A stretch of 46,543 bases of DNA from a bacterium (GCA_049472335.1 JBLIRO010000040.1:1-46543); one strand, 5' to 3'; shown: positions 27,968 to 39,343, counted from the stretch's first letter. Program-made: numbers and translations. The notes: generated from the sequence alone by a model not told the origin.

Positions 27968-30155
27968 GCTCCTTCCTTACCAGGACCTGTCTGGGTTTGC
28001 TTCCATCCGGTTTGCTCACCACACCATCCTTTTCCATTAATTCTATCATCCTTGCAGCCCTGTTATAGCCGATCCTCAATCTTCTCTGAACCATCGAGAT
28101 AGATGCCTTATTAGTCTTAACCACAAGATCCACAGCCTGATCATAAAGCTCATCATACTCATCTGATTCACCCTTCTTTTCATCCCCATCCCCCCGATCT
28201 TCTATAATGGATGTATCATACTCGGGAGTACCTTGCTGAATGAGAAAATCCACCAGTGCCTTTATCTCTTCTTCAGTAACTGCCGAACCATGAACTCTTA
28301 ACAATTGAGAGCTTCCGGGAGGCAAAAAGAGCATGTCCCCCATTCCCAATAGCTTTTCCGCTCCGTTTTTGTCTAAAATGGTTCGGGAATCCGTTTTCGA
28401 TGAGACACGAAAAGATATCCTGCAAGGGAAATTGGCCTTTATAAGACCTGTTATGATGTCCACAGAGGGCCTCTGGGTGGCAATAACCAAATGTATCCCG
28501 ACCGCCCTCGCCATTTGAGCAAGCCGGGTCAGAAGGGTCTCCACCTCTCTGCCGCTCATCAATATCAAATCTGCAAACTCATCGACCACAATCACAATAT
28601 ACGGAAGCTTCTCAAGCTCCTCTTCACCTCCGTTTAATGAGCCGCTTTCAATAAGGTTATTGTACTGATCGATGTTTCTAACCCCCTTGTCGGCCAAAAG
28701 GCGGTATCTGTTATCCATCTCTTCCGTAGCCCACCGGAGGGCGTTGGCCGCGTGCCTGGGCTCCATAACTACCGGTACAAGAAGATGGGGTATGTCATTG
28801 TATATACCCAACTCCAGCCTTTTTGGATCTATCATCAAAAATTTTACCTCATCCGAGGTCGCATTAAAGAGGATACTGCATATTATAGAGTTTACAGATA
28901 CACTCTTTCCTGATCCCGTTGCACCTGCAACCAGCAGGTGGGGCATCTTCGCGAGATCCGTCACATAGGGTTTCCCTGCTATATCTTTTCCCAGAGCCAG
29001 CACCAGCTTGGTATTCATATCCCTGAACTCCCTAGAAGAGAGTATATCACGCAACACCACTACCTCCCTTTTTGAGTTGGGAATTTCAAGACCCACAACG
29101 GATTTTCCGGGAACCGGCGCCACAATCCTGACGGACAAGGCCTTCATGGCAAGAGCAAGATCATCGGAGAGGTTTGAGATACGATTGATCTTTATCCCCG
29201 GAGCAGGTTCAAATTCGTACCGTGTAATAACAGGGCCGGGATGTACCTGAACCACCCTGCCCTCTACACCAAAATCAAGCAATTTTGCTTCCAGGAGCCT
29301 TGAATTGTTCGAAATCTCCCGTTCCATTTCTGCCTTCTTCCGGGAGCTTTTCTCAGATTTCTTTAAAAGGGTAAAGGGAGGAAGCAGATAATGCCGATTT
29401 TGCGCGTGGTGACTATACTCTTCTACCTCCTCTATAGGCTGAGAAATATCGATGGGCTTTGGGCCTGGTTTTTTCTTAAAGGTTTTTTTCCGGGCTGAGA
29501 CCGGAGGAACTGCTGCAACCCGATCACACCTGTCTGATTTATATCGAACAAGATGAACCACCCCCTGAAAACAATTGCCTATTCCACCAAAAAGGCCTAT
29601 GAGTGAGATACGCGTTATCATCATTACTCCGGCTATCCAGATCGTGATGAGGACTAAATAGGCACCCATTAATCCCATATAACGGACAAAAAGGTCCTGG
29701 GCTATGGATTTTCCCACCCATCCGGAAGAAGCCAAGGTCAGACCAAATATCGTAAATTCATCATGAGGGAATAGCAGGGATATCAGGGGAGGCGTCGCGA
29801 AAAGAAAGGCAATAAATCCAAAAGAGGCCGCCCATTTCCTTTGAAGGGGTTTCATAAACATAATGTGCAAACCTATGAAAAGGGTTATCACTGGAATAAA
29901 AAAGGAGGTAATCCCCAAAAACCTTATAAGTATGTCAGAAACAATCGCGCCCAAAGGTCCGGCATAGTTTGAAACATTACGCAGTGCCGCTGCGTTTCCT
30001 CCGCAAGCCACATTCAGGCACGGATCGGTTTTGGAATAGGATATCAAACTAAGGACAAGAAACAGAGTCAGGGCCAGAAAGAATAAGCCGACAATCTCCT
30101 GAAAAACCCGTTCACCCTTTAAAGAAGTCATTTTCCCTCTATCATAACTAACCAT
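27954..30155 (-). CDS. ftsK: DNA translocase FtsK
   Basis: 4TM N-terminus, GPVITRYE, PHLLVAGATGSGKS, ATQRPS, gamma domain QRRLRIGYNRAAR. Confidence 0.97.
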   Translation of the reverse strand: MVSYDRGKMTSLKGERVFQEIVGLFFLALTLFLVLSLISYSKTDPCLNVACGGNAAALRNVSNYAGPLGAIVSDILIRFLGITSFFIPVITLFIGLHIMFMKPLQRKWAASFGFIAFLFATPPLISLLFPHDEFTIFGLTLASSGWVGKSIAQDLFVRYMGLMGAYLVLITIWIAGVMMITRISLIGLFGGIGNCFQGVVHLVRYKSDRCDRVAAVPPVSARKKTFKKKPGPKPIDISQPIEEVEEYSHHAQNRHYLLPPFTLLKKSEKSSRKKAEMEREISNNSRLLEAKLLDFGVEGRVVQVHPGPVITRYEFEPAPGIKINRISNLSDDLALAMKALSVRIVAPVPGKSVVGLEIPNSKREVVVLRDILSSREFRDMNTKLVLALGKDIAGKPYVTDLAKMPHLLVAGATGSGKSVSVNSIICSILFNATSDEVKFLMIDPKRLELGIYNDIPHLLVPVVMEPRHAANALRWATEEMDNRYRLLADKGVRNIDQYNNLIESGSLNGGEEELEKLPYIVIVVDEFADLILMSGREVETLLTRLAQMARAVGIHLVIATQRPSVDIITGLIKANFPCRISFRVSSKTDSRTILDKNGAEKLLGMGDMLFLPPGSSQLLRVHGSAVTEEEIKALVDFLIQQGTPEYDTSIIEDRGDGDEKKGESDEYDELYDQAVDLVVKTNKASISMVQRRLRIGYNRAARMIELMEKDGVVSKPDGSKPRQVLVRKEHEAI

Positions 30156-30432
30156 TAAACATTACTTTATTTCAATATAAGTCATTTAAGTATATTTATA
30201 CCTCTAAAGACCTCTCTTGTAAAGGTTTATGGTTTATAATAAAAGATCAGGAACATTTCAGCCCTTTCTAGAGTCAAGAATCACAAGGTATACAACAAGA
30301 TTTTTTATTCTATAAAATTTGCATCCTATGGAAATCGTATTAAAACTCATAAAATTATCTCTTGATTATCAGGATAATTTCTCTATATAATAAAGATTCA
30401 AAAACCTTTTTTGATAACCTCATATTCAGTTA

Positions 30433-30531
30433 TCAATGAATCCTCCACGTAGCAGGCTGCTGGGCATCTTCAAGGAAATTCTCTAATAAACGAAGTAGGC
30501 TTCGGGGAGTTCAGACCAAAAAGGTATTAAA
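30433..30531. mobile_element. Possible degenerate IS200/IS605-end-derived miniature element
   Basis: Higher-GC ~100 bp patch with two short hairpins (gtagc-ag-gctgc; cgaagt-ag-gcttcg). Resemblance to such ends is from memory, not a search. Confidence 0.35.
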
Positions 30532-30533
30532 CA

Positions 30534-33500
30534 ATGGGAGGGAAAGTTATGGTATTAAATACTGATTCTATGTCTGATTCTCAGGTTATTCTTGGTCTTG
30601 ATATAGGATCAGTCAGCGTTAATATGGCGCTGTTGGACAAGGATTCCACAGTCCTCAGGACAGCTTACGTAAGACATAAGGGCCAGCCCATATCGACGAT
30701 TATAGATATACTCGATGATCTCTCATCGAGTCCGTTCTCGCAACGCATCACAAAGATAATGGGTACGGGATCTGCCAGGGCACTGCTCTCAGAGCTAATT
30801 AATGCTCAAACAGTGAACGAAGTCATTGCCCAGGCCAGGGCAACTTCCGTTTTATATAATCAGGTAAGAACCATTATCGAGATCGGCGGGGAGGACTCCA
30901 AGCTCATCTGCCTGGACCGGGATGAAGGCCTTAACATGATCTGCGTCAGGGATTTTGCCATGAACTCCATCTGCGCTGCAGGCACCGGCTCTTTTCTGGA
31001 TCAGCAGGCTACCCGGCTGGGCCTTAGCATAGAGGAATTTGGAAGCATAGCCCTTAAATCAAATACGCCACCCAGAATCGCAGGAAGGTGCAGTGTCTTT
31101 GCCAAATCCGACATGATTCATCTCCAGCAGGAAGCGACTCCTGACTATGATATAGTGGCGGGCCTCTGTTTTGCCATGGCCAGGAACTTCAAAGGGAGCA
31201 TCGGGAGAGGGAAGAGCTTCACAAAGCCCATCAGTTTCCAGGGAGGGGTAGCAGCCAACGAAGGTATGATACGCGCCTTTGAATCCGTGCTGAAACTCGG
31301 GCCCGGGGAATTGATAATACCTGAACATTTTGCGGAAATGGGTGCAATTGGAGCCTGTTTACTACATATACATAATACCGCAGGTAAAAAGCAGGATAGC
31401 CTGCAATCCCCTTTGAATATTTCCAATCTTATCGAAAAGCTCAGGGATTATCAAAAACGTCCCTCATACAATAAAAAATCACTCCCTCCTCTAAGAAAAA
31501 ACATAGATAACAAATCAATGGATAGCAAATCAATTGAAGAAATGGCTTCTTTAAAAGTCACTAATTCTGCGTCGATTCCTATTGATAATTCCCAAAAAAC
31601 TACTGGAGATTCTTTTTCTCACATAAGACAAAATCCGGGTCATATTGCTTCCAAGATCTCCGGTCTAAAATCCATATGGACACATGGAAGGCGAACCAAG
31701 GCCTATCTGGGGATAGATATCGGGTCTATCAGCACAAATGTTGTTGCCATAGATGAGGATGGACATGTTCTTGCCAAAAGATACCTGATGACAGCAGGAA
31801 GGCCCATAGAAGCCGTTCGCCAGGGTCTTGACGAGATAGGAAGTGAGATCGGAGAACAGTTGGAGATACTTGGCGTAGGGACGACAGGTTCCGGCAGATA
31901 TCTGATTGCCGACTTCGTCGGCGGAGATATCGTTAAAAACGAGATCACGGCCCAGGCGAGGGCAGCAGCTTATATAGACAAGGATGTGGATACCATATTC
32001 GAGATCGGCGGGCAGGATTCCAAATATATCCGCCTTGAAAACGGGGCTGTAATAGACTTTGAGATGAATAAGGTATGTGCCGCGGGGACAGGCTCTTTCC
32101 TGGAAGAACAAGCGGAAAAGCTAGGCATCCAGATAAAGGAAGAATTCGGGAGCATCGCCTTACAGGCGGAGGCACCGGTGTCCCTCGGAGAACGCTGCAC
32201 CGTATTCATGGAATCCGATCTGGTGAATCACCAGCAACAGGGCGCATTAAAAAAGAACCTGATCGCGGGACTAGCCTATTCCATTTATTATAACTACCTG
32301 AACAGGGTTGTCGGAGACCGCTCTATAGGGAAAAAGATCTTCTTTCAGGGAGGTGTTGCCTTCAATCAGGCAGTTATAGCCGCTTTCGAAAAGGTTTTGG
32401 GAAAAACCATCATAGTCCCTCCTCACCATGAAGTTACGGGTGCCATTGGCGTGGCCCTCATTGCAAAGGAAAAAAAGAACTGGTCAAAAACAAGGTTTAA
32501 AGGCTTTGATCTGAGCCACAGGCCTTATTCCGTGGAAAGTTTTGAATGCAAGGGGTGCTCCAATATCTGTCAGGTAAGAAAGGTCATTGTGGTGGGAGAG
32601 GAGCCCCTCTTCTATGGAAGCCGATGCGAACGTTTCGATGTTAAAAAGAAAAGAAAGGAACGGACTGATATACCTGACCTTTTTGCCGAGCGTGAGGAAA
32701 ATTTGCTCAAGGGATATTTTTCCCCTTCAAAATTAAAAAACGGTCCCAGAATAGGTCTTCCAATGGCCCTTTTCTACCACGAGCTCATGCCTCTATGGAA
32801 GACCTTTTTTGAGCAGCTCGGATGCGAGGTGATCATTTCCGAGAGGACCAATAAACCCATCATAGATCAAGGTCTCCAGGCCATAGTCGCAGAAACATGT
32901 TTTCCTATAAAGGTGGCCCATGGCCATATCCTGGATCTTATAAAGAAAGGGGTGGATTTCGTATTCCTGCCGAGCATCATCAGCATGCCACAGGATAATA
33001 AGGCAGAAGAAGGACATGTAAGCAGCAATTTCAATTGCCCTTACGTACAGACCATTCCATATACCATTCAATCAGCCTTTAATCTGCAAAGGCATGGTAT
33101 AAAACTCATCAATCCGATAGTGAGACTTAACTTGGGGGAAAAACATATAAACCAGGTTCTTATGAATGTAGGGAAGGCCCTGGGCTTTAAAAGCTATGTG
33201 GTAAGAGAGGCAATATATATGGCCGTAACCAGCCAAATCCGTTTTTACGAAACCATATCCAGGCGGGGGAAGGAAATCATTTCCGGTCTATCTGATCATG
33301 AGAAGGCCATGGTAATTGTGAGCAGGCCATATAACGGATGCGATCAGGGAATAAATCTTCAGATCCCAAAAATATTCAGGGAACTTGGGATTACTGTTCT
33401 GCCCCTGGACTTTCTGCCCCTTCAAAAGATCGATATTGCCCATGACTGGCCTAATATGTATTGGCGCTATGGCAGAAGGATTCTGGCTGCCGCGGAGATC

Positions 33501-34961
33501 ATACGCCAGGACCCGCGCCTTTTTGCCGTTTATATAACCAATTTCGGATGTGGTCCTGATTCTTTCATCACAAAATTCTTTAGTAAAAAGATGGAAGGTA
33601 AGCCTTACCTGCAGATGGAAATCGATGAACACAGCGCGGATGCCGGCGCCATTACCAGGTGCGAGGCGTTTGCCGACAGCCTTGAAAATCTCGACAAAGA
33701 AATAATACCTAAGAAATCCAAGGTAAAACAGCTCCACTTAAATGATCGAAAAAGGCTGCTATATATACCTTATATGTGTGATCATGCCCATGTAATACAG
33801 GCGGCTTTTGAAAGCTCCGGGGTACACGCAAGGGTGATGGAAGAATCCCATGAAGAGACTCAGGTATGGGGAAGAAAATATACATCCGGAAAGGAATGTT
33901 ATCCCTGTATCGTAACAACAGGGGATATGGTAAAGACCGTGAAATGTCCTGAATTCGACCCGGAAAATTCCGCCTTTTTTATGCCGGGAGGGGACGGACC
34001 CTGCCGCTTTGGCCAGTATACCATGTTTCACAGGCTGGTTCTGGATGAACTGGGATACCCTGATGTACCCATATATTCCCCGATTCAGGGAGAAAGATTC
34101 TATAAGGAACTGGGGCTCGCCGGGGATGGTTTTATACGCAGGGCATGGCAAGGGGTTATTGCCACGGATTTACTCGACAAATGGCTTCGGCATACAAGGC
34201 CGTATGAGGTGAATCCAGGAGAGGCAGAAAGTGTTTACAGGGTTGTATTTACAGATGTCTGCCATGCCATCCGTATGAAAAAACCCCTTTTCCCTGTCCT
34301 CAAAAAGATCCCCGAAAAACTCCGGGATGTCAGGGTAAACCGCTCGAATCCAAAACCGGTTGTCGGAATAGTCGGAGAGATTTTTGTTCGCTCCAATCGC
34401 TTCAGCAACCGGCATATTGTAACCGAGATAGAAAAATTAGGTGGAGAGGTATGGCTCCCCACCATTGGGGAGTGGTTTCTTTATATCAACTATACCAGCA
34501 AAAGACGCAGCCTCCGGAGCCGGAATTTCAGCCGCTTTTGCAGTATTTTTATCAAGGACGCGATCCAGAGGAGGGACGAGGTGAAGCTGACCGGTATATT
34601 CAAAGATCTGTTACCTTACGCGCATGATCCCTCAATCAAGACAATCCTTAAGTATAGCGAGCCATATCTCCATGAATCGTTTGAAGGAGAAGCCATACTC
34701 AGCGTGGGAAAGGCCATCGACTTCACACACAAAGGGATTTGCGGCATAATCAATATCATGCCCTTCACCTGCATGCCGGGAACCATTACCAACGCAATCC
34801 TTAAAAGGGTCAGGGAAGACCGCGATCTGTTCCCATATTTGAACATGGCCTATGATGGACAGGAACAAAGCAATACCATTACACGCCTTGAGGCATTCAT
34901 GCATCAGGCGCACCAATATATGGAAAGACAAGCTCCCGCTGAAAGCCGGTTTTCCGTTTAA
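30534..34961 (+). CDS. Multidomain 2-hydroxyacyl-CoA dehydratase activase-like protein (two ASKHA activase domains + DUF2229-like region); start probably 30549
   Basis: Two copies of GxDIGSxS, EIGGxDSK, MNxxCAAGTGSFL, RCxVF; C-terminal NFGCGPD, CYP, CRFGQY, MPFTCMP. Confidence 0.88.
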   Translation: MGGKVMVLNTDSMSDSQVILGLDIGSVSVNMALLDKDSTVLRTAYVRHKGQPISTIIDILDDLSSSPFSQRITKIMGTGSARALLSELINAQTVNEVIAQARATSVLYNQVRTIIEIGGEDSKLICLDRDEGLNMICVRDFAMNSICAAGTGSFLDQQATRLGLSIEEFGSIALKSNTPPRIAGRCSVFAKSDMIHLQQEATPDYDIVAGLCFAMARNFKGSIGRGKSFTKPISFQGGVAANEGMIRAFESVLKLGPGELIIPEHFAEMGAIGACLLHIHNTAGKKQDSLQSPLNISNLIEKLRDYQKRPSYNKKSLPPLRKNIDNKSMDSKSIEEMASLKVTNSASIPIDNSQKTTGDSFSHIRQNPGHIASKISGLKSIWTHGRRTKAYLGIDIGSISTNVVAIDEDGHVLAKRYLMTAGRPIEAVRQGLDEIGSEIGEQLEILGVGTTGSGRYLIADFVGGDIVKNEITAQARAAAYIDKDVDTIFEIGGQDSKYIRLENGAVIDFEMNKVCAAGTGSFLEEQAEKLGIQIKEEFGSIALQAEAPVSLGERCTVFMESDLVNHQQQGALKKNLIAGLAYSIYYNYLNRVVGDRSIGKKIFFQGGVAFNQAVIAAFEKVLGKTIIVPPHHEVTGAIGVALIAKEKKNWSKTRFKGFDLSHRPYSVESFECKGCSNICQVRKVIVVGEEPLFYGSRCERFDVKKKRKERTDIPDLFAEREENLLKGYFSPSKLKNGPRIGLPMALFYHELMPLWKTFFEQLGCEVIISERTNKPIIDQGLQAIVAETCFPIKVAHGHILDLIKKGVDFVFLPSIISMPQDNKAEEGHVSSNFNCPYVQTIPYTIQSAFNLQRHGIKLINPIVRLNLGEKHINQVLMNVGKALGFKSYVVREAIYMAVTSQIRFYETISRRGKEIISGLSDHEKAMVIVSRPYNGCDQGINLQIPKIFRELGITVLPLDFLPLQKIDIAHDWPNMYWRYGRRILAAAEIIRQDPRLFAVYITNFGCGPDSFITKFFSKKMEGKPYLQMEIDEHSADAGAITRCEAFADSLENLDKEIIPKKSKVKQLHLNDRKRLLYIPYMCDHAHVIQAAFESSGVHARVMEESHEETQVWGRKYTSGKECYPCIVTTGDMVKTVKCPEFDPENSAFFMPGGDGPCRFGQYTMFHRLVLDELGYPDVPIYSPIQGERFYKELGLAGDGFIRRAWQGVIATDLLDKWLRHTRPYEVNPGEAESVYRVVFTDVCHAIRMKKPLFPVLKKIPEKLRDVRVNRSNPKPVVGIVGEIFVRSNRFSNRHIVTEIEKLGGEVWLPTIGEWFLYINYTSKRRSLRSRNFSRFCSIFIKDAIQRRDEVKLTGIFKDLLPYAHDPSIKTILKYSEPYLHESFEGEAILSVGKAIDFTHKGICGIINIMPFTCMPGTITNAILKRVREDRDLFPYLNMAYDGQEQSNTITRLEAFMHQAHQYMERQAPAESRFSV

Positions 34962-35056
34962 TCTATTAACGATAAAGCATTCATTTTACATTTTGCAATT
35001 TTCATTAACAACTTGAAAACCACAAGGTTTTTGAGTTGCTACATCAGGAATAATCC

Positions 35057-37630
35057 ATGAAAAACAGACCCCTTCTCTGGGCTTTGATCCTCTATGGCTC
35101 AGGAATCATCTTCTCTTATCAGATGGATTTTCATCACCCCATGATACCAAGGGCTGCATGCCTGTTTATCGGAATCACAGGTATGTTACTTTTCCTGAGT
35201 CTTTTCAGGTGGCCTCATTTCAGACAGACCTATAAAAATATATGGAATATTCTGCTTATCCTTCTTGGTTTTCTTATATTCGCCTTCGGATTTCTGCTTA
35301 TACCTCAAAACCATCCAAAGCTGCTTGAAAAAGACACACACCACATTCTATATCTTCTCAAAGACCGGCTCCCCTGCACTATTACAGGAAAAATATATAT
35401 CCCCAAAAAAAGTTCCATCAATAAGGAGAAGATTTATATAGAATTGGAAAAGATAAGCATCGACAAGGAGCAAGGTTTTGTCCCTGTCAAGGGGAAGGCC
35501 ATAATAAATATTTACAATATAAAAACGGACTTTGCTTATGGAGACCGGGTCTCCGTTACAACAAAACTTCGGCCTCCAACCAGTTTTCGAAACGAAAAGA
35601 CCTTCAATTATGAAAGGTATCTTCAGCGCAGGGGTATATACGCCATAGGCTCCGTCAGCAAGGAAGATAAAATAAAAAGGCTCTCCACTGATGATGATAC
35701 TCAGGGATTAACGGGAAGGATCTTTCGGTTGAGGGAAAAGGCGGCCCAATTGGCAGAAACATCCATAAAGGGGAAAGATGCCTCAGCCCTTTTTAGCGCT
35801 TTGATTTTAGGAGACAGGGGCAAAATTGAGCCTGAGGCCAAAATGGCCTTCCAACAAACCGGCACTATGCATCTGCTTGCAGTCTCAGGCCTTCATCTTG
35901 GTTTTGTGCTCCTCTTTTGTATCTTTATTATTAAATTTGGGAAAAGATTCATCCCTGCCTTCATGATTGAGAGGATCTCTCATATTGCCCCATATACAAG
36001 GACCATGTCGTTTCTGACCATTTTTCCCCTTTACTTCTATACCGTACTCACAGGCATGAGGATCTCGACCATCAGGGCTTTCATTATGATAGCCCTATAT
36101 CTGACAGCCTTTTTCTTCGACCGGTTAAAGGATTATTACTCAACCCTGGCCTGGGCAGCATTGATTATCCTCATATGGAGCCCGGAATCCCTCTTTGAAA
36201 TGGATTTCCAGTTCACATTCCTTGCCACCCTGGGGGTTATCTTTTACCTCCATCACCGACCTCCCCTGCTTACCAAGCATCCCTTGCTGAGAAAGGGATT
36301 GGACCTGGTCCTTATATCTGTAATGGCTGTCTTGATTACAGCGCCATTGTCAATCTTATACTTCCATTACATATCACCTGGGGGGATCTTATGCACACCT
36401 GTCATCATACCCTTCCTGAGCCTTATCATCCCCTTGGGGCTTATGGCAACCATACTTATTCCGGTGAGCCCCTGGCTTTCCAGGCTACTCATCCTTATAT
36501 GCGGCCTAGGTATGGACCTATTGGTAAAAGGTCTGAAATTCCTAGGATCTCTCCCCCTGGTTTTTCTGCCTCTCCCCTCCCCTCCTCTTTGGACTGTCAT
36601 ACTATTTTACATCTCCTTTATCCTTATCGCATGGTGGTTTGCAAATCGAAAATCCAGGGTTCATCTGATCTCCGGATTCATATTTTTTTCATCCGGAATA
36701 CTACTTCTTACACTGTGCATTTGCATTACACTTAGCCCTTCCATCCCTATAAAAAACAAATTATTCCCTAAGACAATCCCATCTGATACTATGGAAATCA
36801 CCTTCATGGATGTGGGGAAAGGGGACGCGGCCCTGATCCGGTGCCCCTTTAACCAAAATATTCTTATCGATGGAGGGGGCATCTATGACCGGTCTTTCGA
36901 TATGGGGGAGATGGTCCTCACGCCTTACCTTTGGTCAAAGGGTGTCAGGAAGCTTCGTGCCATAGCCATCAGCCACCCCCACCCGGATCACATCTATGGC
37001 CTTTTTGCCATTATCAGGAACTTTCCAGTAGAGGAGGTCTGGCTTGCAAAGCCGACAATTGAAGACAAAAGATATGAGGAGCTTGCTGAGGTAATAGCTG
37101 AAAATGGTATCAAGGAGAGGATACTTTATCCCGGGGATAAAATCACCATCGGCCCCTGCATAGAGGCAATCTGTCTCTATCCCCCTGACTCAAAGGTAAT
37201 AAACAGCCCCAGAGGAGAAAACAGCCTTGTGAATAATCATTCCTTGGTTTTAAAGATTATATATGACAGGGTATCCATCCTTTTTACAGGCGATATTGAA
37301 AAGGAGGCTGAAAGGTATTTAGTAAAATACCTACCGGAGGGAGATCTTGCCTCCACTATCCTCAAGGTGCCCCATCATGGGAGCAAAAATTCAAACTCTG
37401 TGGTGTTCCTAAAAGGTGTGAACCCTGAGGTGTCTATAATTTCAACAAGGCAAACCAGTTGGTATCCCCTGCCTGCCCCTTCCGCCCTTAAGAGGCTTGA
37501 AGCACTCCCGACCCGGATGTATCGCACAGACCGTAATGGTGTCATTACCCTTTCCACGGATGGAAAGGAATATGGTATTACTACCTGGATGGAGTACCAA
37601 ACAGCACTGCCTGTTAGCAGATGGTTTTGA
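35057..37630 (+). CDS. comEC: DNA uptake protein ComEC/Rec2
   Basis: OB-like DUF4131 region, HLLAVSGLH, DVGKGDA, SHPHPDH, KVPHHGS, RTDRNG. Confidence 0.95.
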   Translation: MKNRPLLWALILYGSGIIFSYQMDFHHPMIPRAACLFIGITGMLLFLSLFRWPHFRQTYKNIWNILLILLGFLIFAFGFLLIPQNHPKLLEKDTHHILYLLKDRLPCTITGKIYIPKKSSINKEKIYIELEKISIDKEQGFVPVKGKAIINIYNIKTDFAYGDRVSVTTKLRPPTSFRNEKTFNYERYLQRRGIYAIGSVSKEDKIKRLSTDDDTQGLTGRIFRLREKAAQLAETSIKGKDASALFSALILGDRGKIEPEAKMAFQQTGTMHLLAVSGLHLGFVLLFCIFIIKFGKRFIPAFMIERISHIAPYTRTMSFLTIFPLYFYTVLTGMRISTIRAFIMIALYLTAFFFDRLKDYYSTLAWAALIILIWSPESLFEMDFQFTFLATLGVIFYLHHRPPLLTKHPLLRKGLDLVLISVMAVLITAPLSILYFHYISPGGILCTPVIIPFLSLIIPLGLMATILIPVSPWLSRLLILICGLGMDLLVKGLKFLGSLPLVFLPLPSPPLWTVILFYISFILIAWWFANRKSRVHLISGFIFFSSGILLLTLCICITLSPSIPIKNKLFPKTIPSDTMEITFMDVGKGDAALIRCPFNQNILIDGGGIYDRSFDMGEMVLTPYLWSKGVRKLRAIAISHPHPDHIYGLFAIIRNFPVEEVWLAKPTIEDKRYEELAEVIAENGIKERILYPGDKITIGPCIEAICLYPPDSKVINSPRGENSLVNNHSLVLKIIYDRVSILFTGDIEKEAERYLVKYLPEGDLASTILKVPHHGSKNSNSVVFLKGVNPEVSIISTRQTSWYPLPAPSALKRLEALPTRMYRTDRNGVITLSTDGKEYGITTWMEYQTALPVSRWF

Positions 37631-37737
37631 GGTTTTTTAGGGGTTATGCAAAATCCAAAAAGAAACTAAGCTTTAAAAATCTATTTTTTTTGTCTTGACA
37701 TTGAGGTGAACCTAAAACTGGGTGTTTAAAATAATAT

Positions 37738-37766
37738 TTGACAAAGTGATTCTTATTGGATAAAAT
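37738..37766 (+). promoter_or_regulatory. Sigma70 promoter of abiE
   Basis: TTGACA-N17-TAAAAT. Confidence 0.75.
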
Positions 37767-37802
37767 CACCAGCATATTTTAATAAATGCTGGTATTTTTA
37801 TC
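37759..37802. promoter_or_regulatory. Inverted repeat, probable AbiEi autorepression operator
   Basis: gataaaa-tc-accagcat ... atgctggt-at-ttttatc overlapping the -10. Confidence 0.65.
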
Positions 37803-37814
37803 TATAAAATTAAA

Positions 37815-38429
37815 ATGAAAACGAAATCTCCAGACAGATTTGAAAAAGCGAAAAAGGTTTTCCGTAATCAGGGTGGTGTACTTAAAACAGGAGAAGCTCT
37901 GAGCGCAGGGATCCACCCCAGAACACTTTATGAGATGGAAAAAAGTGGTGCCCTTGAGAAGCTCAGCCGGGGTCTTTATCGACTTACTGATTTGCCGCCC
38001 CTGGGAAATCCTGATTTGGTATCAGTTGCCCTAAAGGTGCCTAATGCTGTTATATGCCTCATTTCCGCTCTGGCATATCACAAGATCACCACCCAGATCC
38101 CTCACGAGGTTTACCTTGCTCTTGCGCGAGGAGCGGAACCACCCCGGATGGAATATCCGCCGATTCGTATTTTCTGGTTCTCTGCTGATGCGTTCACTAA
38201 GGGAATTGACAAGTGCGAATTGGATGGAGTTCAAGTACGGATTTACAGTCCCGAAAAGACAATAGTAGACTGCTTTAAGTATCGAAATAAGATCGGCTTA
38301 GATATAGCCATCGAAGCGCTCAAGCTTTATCGAGAAAGACAACATTTCAAGCTCGATGAACTGATGAGATTCGCGCAAGTCTGCAGGGTTGAGAAAGTCA
38401 TGAAACCTTACCTGGAAGCATTGCTGTGA
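37815..38429 (+). CDS. abiEi: Type IV TA antitoxin, AbiEi family
   Basis: wHTH ...LSRGLYRL, CLISALAYH, TTQIP, YSPEKTIVDCFKYRNKIG. Confidence 0.9.
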   Translation: MKTKSPDRFEKAKKVFRNQGGVLKTGEALSAGIHPRTLYEMEKSGALEKLSRGLYRLTDLPPLGNPDLVSVALKVPNAVICLISALAYHKITTQIPHEVYLALARGAEPPRMEYPPIRIFWFSADAFTKGIDKCELDGVQVRIYSPEKTIVDCFKYRNKIGLDIAIEALKLYRERQHFKLDELMRFAQVCRVEKVMKPYLEALL

Positions 38430-39343
38430 CAAAAGGTTTACATAAAAACATCGGGGCATCGGTTCACCAGCGTCTGCTCAATAAGGCCCGGGGAACAGGT
38501 CGACCATTTAACGAATTATTTCAGTACTTCGCAATGGAACGCTTCCTCTACCGCTTGTCCAAAACTCGCTTTGCCGAGAACTTTGTTCTCAAAGGCGCCT
38601 TGATGCTTATTGTATGGGAAGCACCCCTTTCAAGACCAACCATGGATATCGACCTTCTCGGTCAAATTGATAACAATATAGAGACCATCGTCGATGCAAT
38701 AAAGGATATATGCAATCAGGAGGTCGAGCCGGATGGCATAACTTTCGACCCAGGTAGTATCGAAGGTGAGCGAATAACCGAGGTTGCCAATTATGAAGGA
38801 GTTAGGATTAAGCTTCGGGGAGCCCTGGGCACTGCCAAGATTACCATGCAGCTTGATATAGGTTTTGGCGACGTGATAATTCCGGCTGCTGCCTCTTTGG
38901 AATATCCGACAATTCTTGATCTCCCTGCACCAAAGCTTCAGGGTTATAGTAAGGAAAGCTATATTGCAGAGAAGTTTGAAGCAATGGTCAAGCGCGGGAT
39001 ACTGAACAGCCGCATGAAAGATTTCTTTGACATCTGGCTGCTGTTGCGGCAGTTCGACTTTAAAGGTTCAAGTCTAGCTACAGCTATCGCCAAGACCTTT
39101 TCAACACGTGGAACGGATATTCCTTCCGAAACTGTTGGCTTAATGAAATCTTTTACTACAGACATGGCAAAAGCCACTCAATGGCACGGATTCACCCGAA
39201 AGATCCGACTAACCAAAGTTCCAGAAGATTTTGCGGAAGTGATAAGAGCCATTTCCACTTTTCTGGGACCGATTGCTAAAAGCCTGGCAAGGGATCTCCC
39301 TTTTAAAGCAAATTGGAAAGCACCGGGTCCATGGCAGGAATAA
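38426..39343 (+). CDS. abiEii: Type IV TA toxin, AbiEii/AbiGii nucleotidyltransferase
   Basis: ERFLYRLS, LKGA, RPTMDIDL, AEKFEAM, NSRMKDFFD; GTGA overlap with the antitoxin stop. Confidence 0.92.
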   Translation: MTKGLHKNIGASVHQRLLNKARGTGRPFNELFQYFAMERFLYRLSKTRFAENFVLKGALMLIVWEAPLSRPTMDIDLLGQIDNNIETIVDAIKDICNQEVEPDGITFDPGSIEGERITEVANYEGVRIKLRGALGTAKITMQLDIGFGDVIIPAAASLEYPTILDLPAPKLQGYSKESYIAEKFEAMVKRGILNSRMKDFFDIWLLLRQFDFKGSSLATAIAKTFSTRGTDIPSETVGLMKSFTTDMAKATQWHGFTRKIRLTKVPEDFAEVIRAISTFLGPIAKSLARDLPFKANWKAPGPWQE

